From a bacterium (GTDB taxonomy: Bacteria; Patescibacteriota; Minisyncoccia; Phycocordibacterales; JAGLPS01), in assembly GCA_030690305.1 (NCBI GenBank), contig JAUYHB010000027.1:15670-79669 (forward strand): a DNA stretch of 64,000 nucleotides, written 5' to 3'. Below the pieces are notes generated by a model that was not told the DNA's origin, made no database searches, and saw nothing but the letters and a program-made list of their open reading frames with translations. Position 1 is the first letter of the stretch. Every line of letters starts with the position of its first letter. This document shows positions 10,078-21,300 of the stretch, piece by piece. The translations under genes were made by a program, and so were the position numbers.

Positions 10078-10166
10078 TTAAATCTACACCCATAGGTTTT
10101 TAGACGGTGCAGCTTACCCCCTTTTGGGGGTTTTTCCTTGTCTTTTTCATAATGTATACTTAAAAC

Positions 10167-11396
10167 GTGCTATTTGAACAATTCACGTCGTCATTCGGAG
10201 ACAGCATCTCACAAGCGCTCGATATTTTGCGTCGAACCGTATTCGTGTGGCTTCCGATTCTTTCGGGAACCGCGCTTTTTCATACGTGGATAAACTACAT
10301 ACGCGCGCGTTGGATACGTGAACAGGGCACCGTGTTGCTTGAAATCAAGCTTCCGACCGAAATTTTCCGCTCACCGGCGGCAATGGAGCTGGTGCTCACC
10401 CAGTTGTATCAGGCGGCAAATCCCACATATATTGACGCATATCTTATAGGAAAAGTGCGTCCGTGGTTTTCTCTTGAACTTGTTTCTCTCGGCGGGGAAG
10501 TCCATTTTTACATTTGGGGGCACCGAAAGTTCAAAAAATTCATTGAAAATCATATTTATGCCCAATATCCGAATGTGGAAATTTACGAGGTTGAGGATTA
10601 TGCGAAAAGATTTCCTTTCGACCCCGAAAACTATCCTTTTTGGGCCACCTATTTCAAACTTACCAAGGCTGATGCCTATCCGCTAAAAACCTATATCGAA
10701 TACGGCCTCGATAAAGACCCAAAGGAAGAATTTAAAATCGACCCCATCACGTCGCTTATTGAATATCTCGGAGGGCTCAGGAAGGGAGAGCAGGCGTGGA
10801 TTCAGATTCTTATCCGGGCCCACAGAAAAGAAGGATTGAAAGATTTACGGCTTGCAAGACCCGACTGGCAAAAAGACATTGAAAAAGAAATAAAAAAAAT
10901 TATGACGGAAGCAGTGGTGGACGAAGAAAAGCAAATGCCTTCCCTCATGCTTCTTGATGAGGAGCAGAGGAATCTTATTACTGCGATGCGTCGTAACATG
11001 GGAAAGTTTGCGTTTGATTCGATTGTGCGGGGTTTTTATCTTGCCGAAAAACCTTCCTTTGACGGCAGTAATATCAGTGGTTTGATAAGCAGTGTCAGGC
11101 AATTCAGCTCAAATACCCGCAACGGATTCAAGCTCGGAAAATTCAGCGCCTTTGAGTATCCATGGCAAGACTTTCAGAATATGCGCCGCCGTGTTATCGA
11201 GAGAAAAATGCTTGATTCCTATAAGCACCGTTCTTTCTTCTATCCTCCCCACACGCATTTCCGCGCCCAGCCTTACATTCTGACGACGGAAGAACTCGCA
11301 ACGATGTTCCACTTCCCGGGCAAAGTTGTCGGCACTCCGACGGTCACTCGTATTACTTCAAAGAAAGCCGAAGCGCCTTCAAATCTTCCTATATAA
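10167..11396 (+). CDS. conserved CPR-type membrane-anchored protein resembling the N-terminal region of CPR coupling-like ATPases
   Basis: LEIKLP, FSLELVS, IYAQYP, ILTTEELATMFHFP motifs. Confidence 0.65.
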   Translation: MLFEQFTSSFGDSISQALDILRRTVFVWLPILSGTALFHTWINYIRARWIREQGTVLLEIKLPTEIFRSPAAMELVLTQLYQAANPTYIDAYLIGKVRPWFSLELVSLGGEVHFYIWGHRKFKKFIENHIYAQYPNVEIYEVEDYAKRFPFDPENYPFWATYFKLTKADAYPLKTYIEYGLDKDPKEEFKIDPITSLIEYLGGLRKGEQAWIQILIRAHRKEGLKDLRLARPDWQKDIEKEIKKIMTEAVVDEEKQMPSLMLLDEEQRNLITAMRRNMGKFAFDSIVRGFYLAEKPSFDGSNISGLISSVRQFSSNTRNGFKLGKFSAFEYPWQDFQNMRRRVIERKMLDSYKHRSFFYPPHTHFRAQPYILTTEELATMFHFPGKVVGTPTVTRITSKKAEAPSNLPI

Positions 11397-11408
11397 ATTT
11401 CCTCGCTC

Positions 11409-12449
11409 ATGCGCTTTTCTTTCCCCGACATTTCAAAATTTTTTATTTCGACATTTCTGCCAGCGGTACGAAATGTTTTTAATCTGTTCTTTTTGTGGAT
11501 AAAGCGAAATGACACCGCGCTTATCAAAGGTGCCGTGGCGGTTGTGCTTACTTACGCTCTTTTCTACGCGTCATTTTTCAGCGCTCCTCGGGAATTTCCC
11601 GCGCAAGCGATTACAACGATTGAAGACGGGAAAACGCTCAATCAGGTGTCTATGTTTTTTGCCGAACAAAACATTATCCGTTCTCCGTTCTGGCTTAAAG
11701 TATTTGTGACCGTATTCGGGGGGGACAAGCGTATTTATGCCGGCGATTATTTTTTCAAAGATCCTTCTTCCGTCATTACCGTCGCCCGTCGCATCACAAG
11801 CGACGACCACGGCCTCACTTCGACTCGCATGACAATCCCCGAGGGCCTCAATGTATTCGAAATTGCGGATTTGGTGGCCAAAAAGTTTAAGAAATTCGAC
11901 CCGGAAAAATTTATCGCCATCGCGCCCGAAGGCTACCTTTTCCCTGACACATATTTTTTTCTTCAAAACGTCGAAGCTGAGTTTGTCGTAGCGGCCATGA
12001 AAAAAAACTTTGATGAAAAAATTCAAGGGATTATGCCCCGGATAGAAGAGTTCGGGCGTCCGTTTGAGGACGTGATTATCATGGCCTCAATCATAGAAAC
12101 CGAAGCGCGACAAAAAAATACCCGGCGTATGATTTCCGATATCTTGTGGCGTCGCATCGATATCGGTATGCCTCTTCAAGTCGATGTTTCCTTTAAATAC
12201 GTTAACGGCAAGGTAACGCCTGATTTGACGCTTGACGATTTGGAAATCGATTCGCCGTACAATACGTATAGATACGCCGGGTTGCCTCCGACGCCCATTG
12301 CAAATCCCGGTCTTGGGGCGATTGAAGCGGCGGTTACTCCCATTAAAAGCAGTTATCTGTATTTTCTTTCCGGTCACGACGGCGTAATGCATTATGCCCG
12401 CACGTTCGAGGAACATAAACAAAATCGGCGACTCTATCTTGATAGGTAA
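11409..12449 (+). CDS. mltG: endolytic transglycosylase MltG
   Basis: EGYLFPDTY, ASIIETE, SPYNTY..GLPPTPIANPG. Confidence 0.95.
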   Translation: MRFSFPDISKFFISTFLPAVRNVFNLFFLWIKRNDTALIKGAVAVVLTYALFYASFFSAPREFPAQAITTIEDGKTLNQVSMFFAEQNIIRSPFWLKVFVTVFGGDKRIYAGDYFFKDPSSVITVARRITSDDHGLTSTRMTIPEGLNVFEIADLVAKKFKKFDPEKFIAIAPEGYLFPDTYFFLQNVEAEFVVAAMKKNFDEKIQGIMPRIEEFGRPFEDVIIMASIIETEARQKNTRRMISDILWRRIDIGMPLQVDVSFKYVNGKVTPDLTLDDLEIDSPYNTYRYAGLPPTPIANPGLGAIEAAVTPIKSSYLYFLSGHDGVMHYARTFEEHKQNRRLYLDR

Positions 12450-12495
12450 TATTTTCCTTTGCGCTCCCGCCGGTCTTGTGTAAACTAACGGCTAC

Positions 12496-13596
12496 ATGGA
12501 GAAGCGAAATAAAAAAGTTTTTGTAGGCATGTCGGGCGGGGTGGACAGCTCCGTTTCCGCCGCATTGCTTAAGAAAGCCGGCTATGACATCACGGGCGTG
12601 TTCATCAAAGTATGGCATCCGGATTTCCTGCCGTGCGATTGGAAAGAAGAACGCAGGGATACGATGCGTGTCTGCGCCGCTCTCAATATTCCTTTTCTCA
12701 CCTTTGATTTTGAAGAAGAATACAAGCGCGAGGTGGTGGATTATATGCTCTCGGAATACAAACGGGGAAGGACACCGAACCCCGATGTTATGTGCAACCG
12801 CTATATTAAATTCGGCTCATTCCTAAAAAAAGCGAAAACGATGGGCGCGGATATGATTGCCACCGGCCACTACGCCATTCGCGAGGAAGTAGGCAAGGGG
12901 TCACAGAAAGTTTTCCTTCTCAAGGAATCAAAAGATAAGGAAAAAGACCAATCGTATTTTTTATGGACACTGGGCCAAGAAGAACTTTCCCAAAGCCTGT
13001 TTCCTGTCGGTGGGTATGAAAAAAAGGAAGTACGTGCGCTTGCACAGAAGTTCAATCTTCCCACATTCGAAAAAAAAGACAGCCAGGGATTGTGCTTCTT
13101 GGGGAAAATTGATTTTCGGGAATTCTTGGCCGCCTATCTTCCCGTAAAGCGGGGGCATGTCGTCAACCTTAAGGAAGAAATTATCGGTATCCATGATGGC
13201 GTGCATCTGTATACCATTGGACAGCGCCATGGTTTTACCATAACGAAAAAAGGCACCTCCGATACCCCTTTATATGTAATTGATAAAGACGTGGCCAAAA
13301 ACAGGCTCATTGTTTCCGACAAGAAAGAAGCGATTTATGAAACAGTCAAAACAAAAAAAGTTACACTTTCCGATACGCACTGGGTTTCCGGCGCATTTCC
13401 TTCGCTGAATCGGGATTATAATATCCGTTTCCGTTATCACCAAAAACCGATATCGGGATTTTTGACAAAAGAGGGGAGGAAAACCGTCGCGGTTTTTAAA
13501 ACCTCTCAGGATAGCGTGGCCCTCGGGCAATCGCTGGTTTTTTATACGAAGGACGACGTATGCCTTGGTGGCGGGGTTGTCGATAGGATTGCCTAA
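12496..13596 (+). CDS. mnmA: tRNA 2-thiouridine(34) synthase MnmA
   Basis: SGGVDSS, TPNPDVMCN, KDQSYFL, DSQGLCF. Confidence 0.97.
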   Translation: MEKRNKKVFVGMSGGVDSSVSAALLKKAGYDITGVFIKVWHPDFLPCDWKEERRDTMRVCAALNIPFLTFDFEEEYKREVVDYMLSEYKRGRTPNPDVMCNRYIKFGSFLKKAKTMGADMIATGHYAIREEVGKGSQKVFLLKESKDKEKDQSYFLWTLGQEELSQSLFPVGGYEKKEVRALAQKFNLPTFEKKDSQGLCFLGKIDFREFLAAYLPVKRGHVVNLKEEIIGIHDGVHLYTIGQRHGFTITKKGTSDTPLYVIDKDVAKNRLIVSDKKEAIYETVKTKKVTLSDTHWVSGAFPSLNRDYNIRFRYHQKPISGFLTKEGRKTVAVFKTSQDSVALGQSLVFYTKDDVCLGGGVVDRIA

Positions 13597-13656
13597 AGCC
13601 GTTGGACTGTTTCATGTGTTTTTAGACTTTCGCTTTCGCGGTATAATGATGGTCAT

Positions 13657-14487
13657 ATGAACGGAAACATTTATGTTATCAAGGCGCACGGGGACAAAGA
13701 ACTTTTTGCGCCCGAAAAACTTATACGCTCCTTAAAAAACTCCGGTGCTTCCGACGAGATGGCTTCCGATGTTTTGAAGTCCATCGAAAGCTTGCTTCAG
13801 GATGGGATGAAGACTTCCGATATTTACCGTCTCGCGTTTTCTTTGTTGCATAAGAAAGAAAGGGTGGCGGCGATGCGATATTCTCTTAAACGGGCGCTTA
13901 TGGACCTTGGGCCGAGCGGCTTTCCGTTCGAAAATTTTCTTTCAGAGGTTTTCAAGCGGAAAGGTTTTACCGTTGAGCGCGACATGATTGTTTCGGGGAA
14001 TTGCGTTGACCATGAGGTCGACCTTGTGATTTCTTCTCCGGAAAAAAGAATCATGGTTGAGGTTAAATTTCATAATGAAATCGGCATCAAGTCGGATGTG
14101 AAAGTCGCACTGTACGTTGCCGCCCGGTTTGAAGATATTTTTATAAAACAAGGAGGGCCGACCGACACGAAAAAAGAAGAGGGCTGGCTTATCACCAACA
14201 CAAAATTTACCCAGGCGGCTATCGAGTACGGAATGTGCAAAGGACTGACAATGATAGGGTGGAATTATCCTTCCAAAGGAAATCTCCAACAACTCATTGA
14301 AGAAAGCGGCCTCCATCCTTTGACGTGTCTTTCAACATTGACCACGTCGCAAAAGCAAACCCTCCTCTCCGAAGGTGTCGTGCTGTGCCGCGATGTTGTT
14401 GACCACCCGCGCCTTCCGTCTCTTGGCGTAAATGATGCCAAACTTAAGAAAGTTATTGACGAGGCGCGTTCTCTCTGCGGTATTTAA
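13657..14487 (+). CDS. ATP-cone domain fused to Mrr-like PD-(D/E)XK endonuclease domain
   Basis: N-terminal VIKAHGDKELF..EKL ATP cone; GFPFE, EVDL, VEVK. Confidence 0.8.
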   Translation: MNGNIYVIKAHGDKELFAPEKLIRSLKNSGASDEMASDVLKSIESLLQDGMKTSDIYRLAFSLLHKKERVAAMRYSLKRALMDLGPSGFPFENFLSEVFKRKGFTVERDMIVSGNCVDHEVDLVISSPEKRIMVEVKFHNEIGIKSDVKVALYVAARFEDIFIKQGGPTDTKKEEGWLITNTKFTQAAIEYGMCKGLTMIGWNYPSKGNLQQLIEESGLHPLTCLSTLTTSQKQTLLSEGVVLCRDVVDHPRLPSLGVNDAKLKKVIDEARSLCGI

Positions 14488-14492
14488 AACAT

Positions 14493-15311
14493 ATGTCTCC
14501 ACTGCCCTACAACGCCAAAAGAAAAAAAATTACTTTCAACCCCGAAAGCAATGCCGCTCACCGGCTTAGCCGCTCAAAAGTGGATTTGTTTTTTGAATGT
14601 CCGCGTTGTTTTTATCTGAATGAAATTCTAGGTATCGGGCGTCCGTCCATGCCCCCGTTTACGTTAAATGTCGCGGTTGACCATCTGTTGAAAAAGGAAT
14701 TTGATGTCCATAGGACGGAAGGGACCGCGCACCCGCTTATGAAAGAGTATGGAATCGATGCTGTCCCTTTCAACGACCAAAAAATCGAAGAATGGCGAAA
14801 TAATTTCAAAGGAGTAACCCGTTTCCACAAGGAAACCAACCTGACTTTTTTTGGAGCCGTTGACGATGTGTGGGTTAATCCGAAAGGGGAATTGATTGTC
14901 GTTGATTATAAAGCGACAAGTAAAGCGGGTAAAATTGATCTTTCCGGCGGGTGGGGCCCGCAATACAAACGGCAGATTGAATTTTATCAATGGCTTTTGC
15001 GCGGCAATGACTACCGGGTTTCCAATACGGGATATTTTGTTTACGCAAACGGCATTAAAGACAGAGCGGTGTTTGATAAAAAACTTGAATTTGAAGTGGA
15101 AATCATTTCTCATACCGGAGACGATTCGTGGATTGAAAAAACCGTAACGGATGTCAAATCGTGCCTTCTGCAAAAAATGTTGCCGGAAGCGGGAGAACTG
15201 TGTGAACACTGTTCATATCGCGAATCCGCCGGAAAAGCCATTCGGGGCTTGTACGGGCAAAAAATCGATGAAAAAAAAGACGATGACACAAAATCGGGCC
15301 GCCTCTTTTAG
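14493..15311 (+). CDS. PD-(D/E)XK nuclease family protein (Cas4/AddB-like)
   Basis: CPRCF, GAVDD, VDYK, QIEFY, C-terminal CEHC. Confidence 0.85.
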   Translation: MSPLPYNAKRKKITFNPESNAAHRLSRSKVDLFFECPRCFYLNEILGIGRPSMPPFTLNVAVDHLLKKEFDVHRTEGTAHPLMKEYGIDAVPFNDQKIEEWRNNFKGVTRFHKETNLTFFGAVDDVWVNPKGELIVVDYKATSKAGKIDLSGGWGPQYKRQIEFYQWLLRGNDYRVSNTGYFVYANGIKDRAVFDKKLEFEVEIISHTGDDSWIEKTVTDVKSCLLQKMLPEAGELCEHCSYRESAGKAIRGLYGQKIDEKKDDDTKSGRLF

Positions 15312-15552
15312 ACATAGGGTTTTTGCGGTTGTAAAGAACATTCCTGCGGGCAAAACGCTTTCTTACAAACAAGTGGCGCAAAGGGCGGGCCATCCGAAAA
15401 GTTTCAGAGCGGTGGGGAATGTGCTCAACGGCAATTACGACCCGGATATTCCATGCCATCGGGTTATCCGTTCCGACGGCACGATAGGAGGATATAACAG
15501 GGGCAACAAAGAGAAAATCAAAAAACTTCGCGAGGAGGGCGCGCTTATATGA
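15283..15552 (+). CDS. methylated-DNA--protein-cysteine methyltransferase (MGMT/Ogt family, DNA-binding domain only)
   Basis: RAVGN, IPCHRVI active-site motif. Confidence 0.9.
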   Translation: MTQNRAASFRHRVFAVVKNIPAGKTLSYKQVAQRAGHPKSFRAVGNVLNGNYDPDIPCHRVIRSDGTIGGYNRGNKEKIKKLREEGALI

Positions 15553-16172
15553 CAGAGGAAAATAAAGAAAAAACACCGCTTTTAAAACAGATTCGTGACG
15601 AGGTAGTCAAACTTTCCGCCTCGCCTCTTTATTCGGAGCGGGTAAAAAATAAAGTTTTCCCCGTTATCGGCGAAGGAAGTCATGATGCGTGCATTATGTT
15701 TGTCGGGGAAGCGCCGGGAAGAAATGAGGCCGCAACAGGAAGGCCGTTTTGCGGGGCGGCGGGAAAACTGTTGGATGAGATGCTTGCGTCAATCAATATT
15801 CCCCGCACGGACGTGTATATCACAAATATCGTCAAAGACAGACCCACGGAAAATCGCGATCCAACTCCGCAGGAAATTGAGATATACGCGCCGTTTCTTG
15901 ACCGGCAGATAGACATCATTCAGCCGAAAGTCATAGCGACCCTTGGCCGTTTCTCAATGGCATATCTTTTCAATAAATTCGGTCTTGAGTTCGAGCTTGA
16001 ACCGATAAGCCGCATTCATGGAAAAACTTTTAAGGCGGCCGTCTCATACGGAGACATAACCATTATTCCCCTCTATCATCCTGCTGTTGCCATTTACAAC
16101 ATACACATGAAGGAAACGCTCTTTAAAGACTTTGAGATACTTAAAAAATACCACCTGGACGCATCACAATAA
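15549..16172 (+). CDS. uracil-DNA glycosylase family 4
   Basis: VGEAPG.NE...GRPF.G.AG, YHPA. Confidence 0.93.
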   Translation: MTEENKEKTPLLKQIRDEVVKLSASPLYSERVKNKVFPVIGEGSHDACIMFVGEAPGRNEAATGRPFCGAAGKLLDEMLASINIPRTDVYITNIVKDRPTENRDPTPQEIEIYAPFLDRQIDIIQPKVIATLGRFSMAYLFNKFGLEFELEPISRIHGKTFKAAVSYGDITIIPLYHPAVAIYNIHMKETLFKDFEILKKYHLDASQ

Positions 16173-16271
16173 AACTCGTATAGTAACTCTATTGCCTAGC
16201 GCAGTGAGTGAAATGAGAATGTTCGTACATTCTCATTTCTGAGCCAGCGACGGCAAAAAAACACACCTTTT

Positions 16272-16511
16272 ATGTTTCCGATGTTTCCCTACAACATTCT
16301 TATTATGGCTTCCACCCTCCGTCTCGTGGGGGAAATTCTCATAGCAATAGTTTTGTTCTCTCTTCACAGTCATGTGATGAAAGAAGAAAAAACCAATGCC
16401 GAACGACTGGCCGTAATGAGTCGGGAGCGCCTCTATATTGTCGTCGGCCTTACCGCTATTTTTGCCGCGTACGCTGTTGAACTGTATGCCAGAGCGAGAG
16501 GATACGTTTAA
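16272..16511 (+). CDS. small membrane protein
   Basis: two hydrophobic segments; abuts alaS. Confidence 0.6.
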   Translation: MFPMFPYNILIMASTLRLVGEILIAIVLFSLHSHVMKEEKTNAERLAVMSRERLYIVVGLTAIFAAYAVELYARARGYV

Positions 16512-16514
16512 ACC

Positions 16515-18260
16515 ATGCAATCGGAAGAAATACGTTCTCGTTTCCTAAAATTTTTTGAAAAGAAAGGACATGCCATTGTTCCTTCTTCTTCGCTTGTGCC
16601 GCAAAACGACCCTTCGGTTCTTTTTACAACCGCCGGAATGCAGCAATTCAAGCCCTACTATACCGCTCCCGAAAATGCCATCAAAGATTTTGGGAATAAA
16701 AATATTGTGACTGTCCAGAAATGCGTGCGCACCGGGGATATTGATGAAGTGGGAGACGAAACACACCTTACCTTTTTTGAAATGCTCGGTAATTTTTCTT
16801 TCGGCGGATATTGGAAAAAAGAAGCGATTGAATATGCTCATGAATTTATCACCAAAGAACTCGGGCTTTCGATAGATTACGTTTCCGTGTTCAAGGACGA
16901 AGTGAGTGGCATACCTGCCGACGAGGAATCCCGTGCTATTTGGGCTGGAATCGACCCTAATCTTGTAATAAAAGAGCACAATCGTCAGGATAATTTCTGG
17001 GGTCCGACGGGGGACGAGGGTCCTTGCGGTCCGACAACTGAAATTTATGTTAATGGCGTAGAAATTTGGAACATTGTATTCAACGAATACTACAAAACCC
17101 GAGAAGGGAAATATGAACCGCTTGCGGTAAAGGGAATTGATACAGGCATGGGGCTTGAACGTCTTGCGGTACAAGTACAGAAAAAAAATGATGTGTACGA
17201 GACTGATTTGTTTGAACCAATTATTTCTTTAATAAAGCAAAAGAGAGAACAGATTCCCGCTGTTTCTATATTAAAAGGAGATCCTAAAAATGATAGTCGT
17301 GAAGAAAGAATAAATCGTATTTTCACTGATCATTTAAAAACAAGCACCTTTTTAATTTCTGATGGTGTTTTACCAAGTAATAAAGACAAGGGCTATATTT
17401 TGAGAAGACTAATGCGTAGGACTATGGGTGAGACACTTTTAGCCCCATTTCACAAAGAAGCTTTTCAGAAAATTGAAAAAATATATAAAAAAACAAACTA
17501 CAAAATTAATCTTCAGATTGTCATTGAGGTCTATGAAAAAGAGTTGGAAAATTTTAAATCTAATCTGGAGAGGGGATTGAAAGAAATAAATAAGAATATC
17601 AACGCTGGTGGGATTGTTACAGGTCAAGAAGCTTTTAATTATTTCTCCACTTACGGGATACCGAAGGAAATGTTTTTAGATTCAATAAGCCACTTAATTT
17701 ATAGTAAAGATGAGAATTTTGAGCAGGACTATGAATTTTCTTATAAAAGGCACCAAGAACTCTCTCGCACATCGTCTGCGGGAATGTTTAAGGGTGGTCT
17801 TGCTAATCACAACGAGAAAACAATCAAGCACCACACCGCACATCACTTGCTCCTGGCTGCGCTTCAGGAAGTGCTGGGCAAAAGTGTAAAACAGAAGGGA
17901 AGTAATATCACCGAGGAACGTCTGCGTATGGATTTTTCTTTCGAAAGGAAAATGACGGATGAGGAAAAAAAGAAAGTTGAGGAAATCGTAAATAATTATA
18001 TTTCCCAAAATCTTTCCGTGATACGGAAAGAAATGCCCCTTGCAGAGGCGGAGAAAATCGGCGCAGAAATGGAGTTTGGCGCAAAATATCCCGATATTGT
18101 TTCCGTTTATCTTATTGAAGATAAACAAGGCAATCCCATCTCTAAAGAATTTTGCGGCGGACCTCATGTTGAGAACACCGGTATCTTAGGAAAATTTAAA
18201 ATTCTCAAAGAAGAGGCGGTTTCCGCCGGGGTACGCAGGATTAAAGCCGTACTTGAGTAA
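16515..18260 (+). CDS. alaS: alanine--tRNA ligase, short form without C-Ala domain
   Basis: LFTTAGMQQFK, HLTFFEMLGNFSFG, HTAHHLL, EFCGGPHV; ends at GVRRIKA. Confidence 0.95.
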   Translation: MQSEEIRSRFLKFFEKKGHAIVPSSSLVPQNDPSVLFTTAGMQQFKPYYTAPENAIKDFGNKNIVTVQKCVRTGDIDEVGDETHLTFFEMLGNFSFGGYWKKEAIEYAHEFITKELGLSIDYVSVFKDEVSGIPADEESRAIWAGIDPNLVIKEHNRQDNFWGPTGDEGPCGPTTEIYVNGVEIWNIVFNEYYKTREGKYEPLAVKGIDTGMGLERLAVQVQKKNDVYETDLFEPIISLIKQKREQIPAVSILKGDPKNDSREERINRIFTDHLKTSTFLISDGVLPSNKDKGYILRRLMRRTMGETLLAPFHKEAFQKIEKIYKKTNYKINLQIVIEVYEKELENFKSNLERGLKEINKNINAGGIVTGQEAFNYFSTYGIPKEMFLDSISHLIYSKDENFEQDYEFSYKRHQELSRTSSAGMFKGGLANHNEKTIKHHTAHHLLLAALQEVLGKSVKQKGSNITEERLRMDFSFERKMTDEEKKKVEEIVNNYISQNLSVIRKEMPLAEAEKIGAEMEFGAKYPDIVSVYLIEDKQGNPISKEFCGGPHVENTGILGKFKILKEEAVSAGVRRIKAVLE

Positions 18261-18379
18261 ATCTATCCACTATCTTTCCTCAGGGTAGTTGATAAAATAA
18301 AAGGTAAAGGGAAGAGGCCGATATGTAATCGACTGAGGTTTTTTGTGTACGGCTCTTTTCAAGTTCCGGTCTTTAACCA

Positions 18380-21300
18380 ATGAACGAAAAGTCCACAATA
18401 CAATTTGTCATCTCGGGAGTATTCGTTTTTGCCATGCTTCTCCCAGGCATCGCTTTTTTGGTAGAGCACAAAGATGCTTATGCGGCAGAAAATCCTCTAT
18501 CCCAATTCGTAGAAAATATCGGACAAAGCGGCAAAAGCACGCTTTCTTTTGTTTCCGAAGTGGCGAGAAGCGGAGCGCAACAAGGGGTAAAACAACTCCA
18601 GGAATCCCGCCGAAGAATTTTTGTGCTTTTTGAAAAAAGTCGGGTCCATCTCCGGAATACCTTTGGGGAATTGTATGTCGGTGCTTTCATGCGTGCGCAA
18701 CCCGATTCCAAGGGAAACTTTTTTCTTCGTGCGAATGTTTTCGAAGCAATAGGGGAAATGTTCAATAATCTTTCTATTGGTTTATATAAAGGAGTCAATG
18801 AAATTTTTTCCAGTTTCTTCTCAAGTGAAGAATCATATATCCAGAATAAGGCACCCATAGTACAAGAACCTGTTTCTCCCGCGCCGGTCGCGGAAGAAAA
18901 GGCTGACGAGTCCGCCGCACAAAAAAGCGATTCTTTTCAGGAAACAGCGGAGCAATCCCCGACAGTTGTATATGTTCAGGCTCCACCCAAAACACAACCT
19001 CCTCAAACTGTTACAACTATCATCAAGGAAGTCCCTGCTCCCGACTCTGTTTCCAAAAGCGAATTGGAATCCCGTCTTTCCGCCCTCGCGGCGACGTTGT
19101 TGAGTAAAATTTCTTCAGCCCAAAATACTGCCGTTCAATATTTCTATCCCTCGGTTCCGCAACCTGTTCAACTTCTGAACAAAATAGACAACCTTTCCGG
19201 TGTTACTATCACTTCTTCCTCAATTATCGGTGGAACATGGAGTGATGTTGATATTACAAGCGGTTCAGGGGGTTTCGGAACACTTTCAAGCGATACATTT
19301 TCTAGTGGCGCTGTCACTGTAAGTGGCAGTCTCACATTAAGTACAACAACATCGGGATGTCTTGAGGCAACAAGTAGCGGAGTGGTATGGATTACCGGTA
19401 CCGCTTGCGGAACAGGAAGCGGAGGCGGTTCTTCCTTCGGTCAAGCCTTTGAAATCACCACTAACATTTTCTCCCAAGCTTCTCTCAAGGCAACCTCAAC
19501 AGCCGTTCACAACCTGGTCATTGATGGCACCGGTACATCCACTTTCTCCGGAGGCCTTGAAGTCTGGAGACAAATTGCTGCTCCGTACTTCCAGGCAACA
19601 TCGACCACTATCGCATCACAATTCCCATACGCTTCAACGACGGCACTTACTATCTCGGGTACTGCCTACATTAGTTCTCTCACAGGCCCTCTTCAAGCGC
19701 TGAGTGGTACCGTTTCTGCAACCACAACACTTTCTGCCGCATACGGAGGAACGGGACTCTCGACACTCCCTTCATACGGACAAATTCTCTTAGGTAATGC
19801 GTCAAGCGGATATACCTTAAATGCCACCTCCTCACTTGGCTTTATCGGTGCTGACTACAGAGATTGGAATTTGACCACGAACATCTTTAACCAATCCGTT
19901 CTCGCGCCAACGACAACACAAAACATTCTTGTCTCCGGCACCGGTACCTCCACCTTTGCAGGAAGCATTGAAGCCTGGAGACAAATCGCCGCTCCGTACT
20001 TTCATGCGACTTCTTCTACGGCGACGAGTACGTTTGCGGGGGGACTTACGGTAGATGGTTCAACATTCGTTGTTGACTATTCATCAGGGAATGTGGGCAT
20101 CGGGACGGCAACTACAACTGCCCTTTTCACAGTGTATGGAACAAATCCGATAGCCCACATAAGAAGTTCCAGTCTTAACGATAATGCCAACTCTCCAGCG
20201 ATTGAGCTTACTGAATCTACAGGAACCGAGGACTATGGTTTTCAAATCAAATACCTTGCACAATCAAATCGTTTTGAGATAAATACGGACAGCAGTGGTT
20301 CTAATGGCTTCGGACAGAACGCAGTGTCCATAATGAGAGAGACTCATAATTTTGGTCTTGGTTCCACATCTCCCTACGCCAAATTCTCTGTTGCGGGGAA
20401 AGACACCACTACCACCTTGATAGGAGCGGATGCCGTCTCTGGATTTTCCGGGAACCTTCTTGAACTTAAACTGGCCTCTACTACTGTCTTTATGGTGGAA
20501 GGAGATGGAGATGTACAATTTTTAGATGCTAAAGGAATTTACTTTAATTCTGCGGCCAATGATGCAAATTGGGGTATCGGAAGAAACATTGTGGAAGACA
20601 CCGGTGGGTTTCTCACAAGTAATAACCTTCAGCTAAAAATATACGGCAACTCTACTCCACAGACACAAGGTTTACAGGTAGTGAACCACAACAATGTTGT
20701 GTTGATGGAAATATCGGGGAGTGATGGAAAAACCGTATTTAACGGAAGTGGAAATATAGGTATTGGTACAACTTCACCTTATGCAGTGCTTTCAATACAC
20801 GCAACCTCAACTTCAAATTATGAAAATACCCTTTTTGCTATTGCTTCCTCTACGGCCTCTTTCGCCACCACTACCCACTTTGTTGTTACCGCTGGGGGCA
20901 ACGTCGGCATCAGTACAACAAGTCCGTACGCGAAGTTATCTGTCATCGGGCAAACTGTCGCTGCATACTTTACTGCCACCACAACCTCGGACAACACTTT
21001 CCCAAATCTTCTTTCAACAAATTCAACAACGACAAACGCCACCACCACAACCGCCTCATTCACCACTGCTTCCACAACTAATTTAATTGTCAGCAGTGCG
21101 GGCGGTTCTGCAGGCTGCGCACAATTCAGTATCACAGGCCTTATTTCAAATTCAGGTTCAGCCTGTGGCACGGGCGGAGGATTGTCTTCTTATGACGCTT
21201 GGACACATCCGATAGTGGGGCAATCGGCCACAACTTCTTCGATTGTCGCAGCAGGATTCTTTACAAACTCTAACTCAAACTTCAACGCATCAGTCGGCAT

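Noticed and set aside
14493..15311. Cas4 / CRISPR system
   Set aside because: Stand-alone PD-(D/E)XK nuclease with no array or cas1/cas2 in the window.
18300..18379. Riboswitch upstream of the surface protein
   Set aside because: A hairpin is possible (gaagaggccg/cggctcttttc) but no known aptamer consensus is recognisable.
19450..20040. DGR template/variable repeat pair
   Set aside because: Both repeats are in-frame coding, differences do not look adenine-specific, and no reverse transcriptase is in the window.
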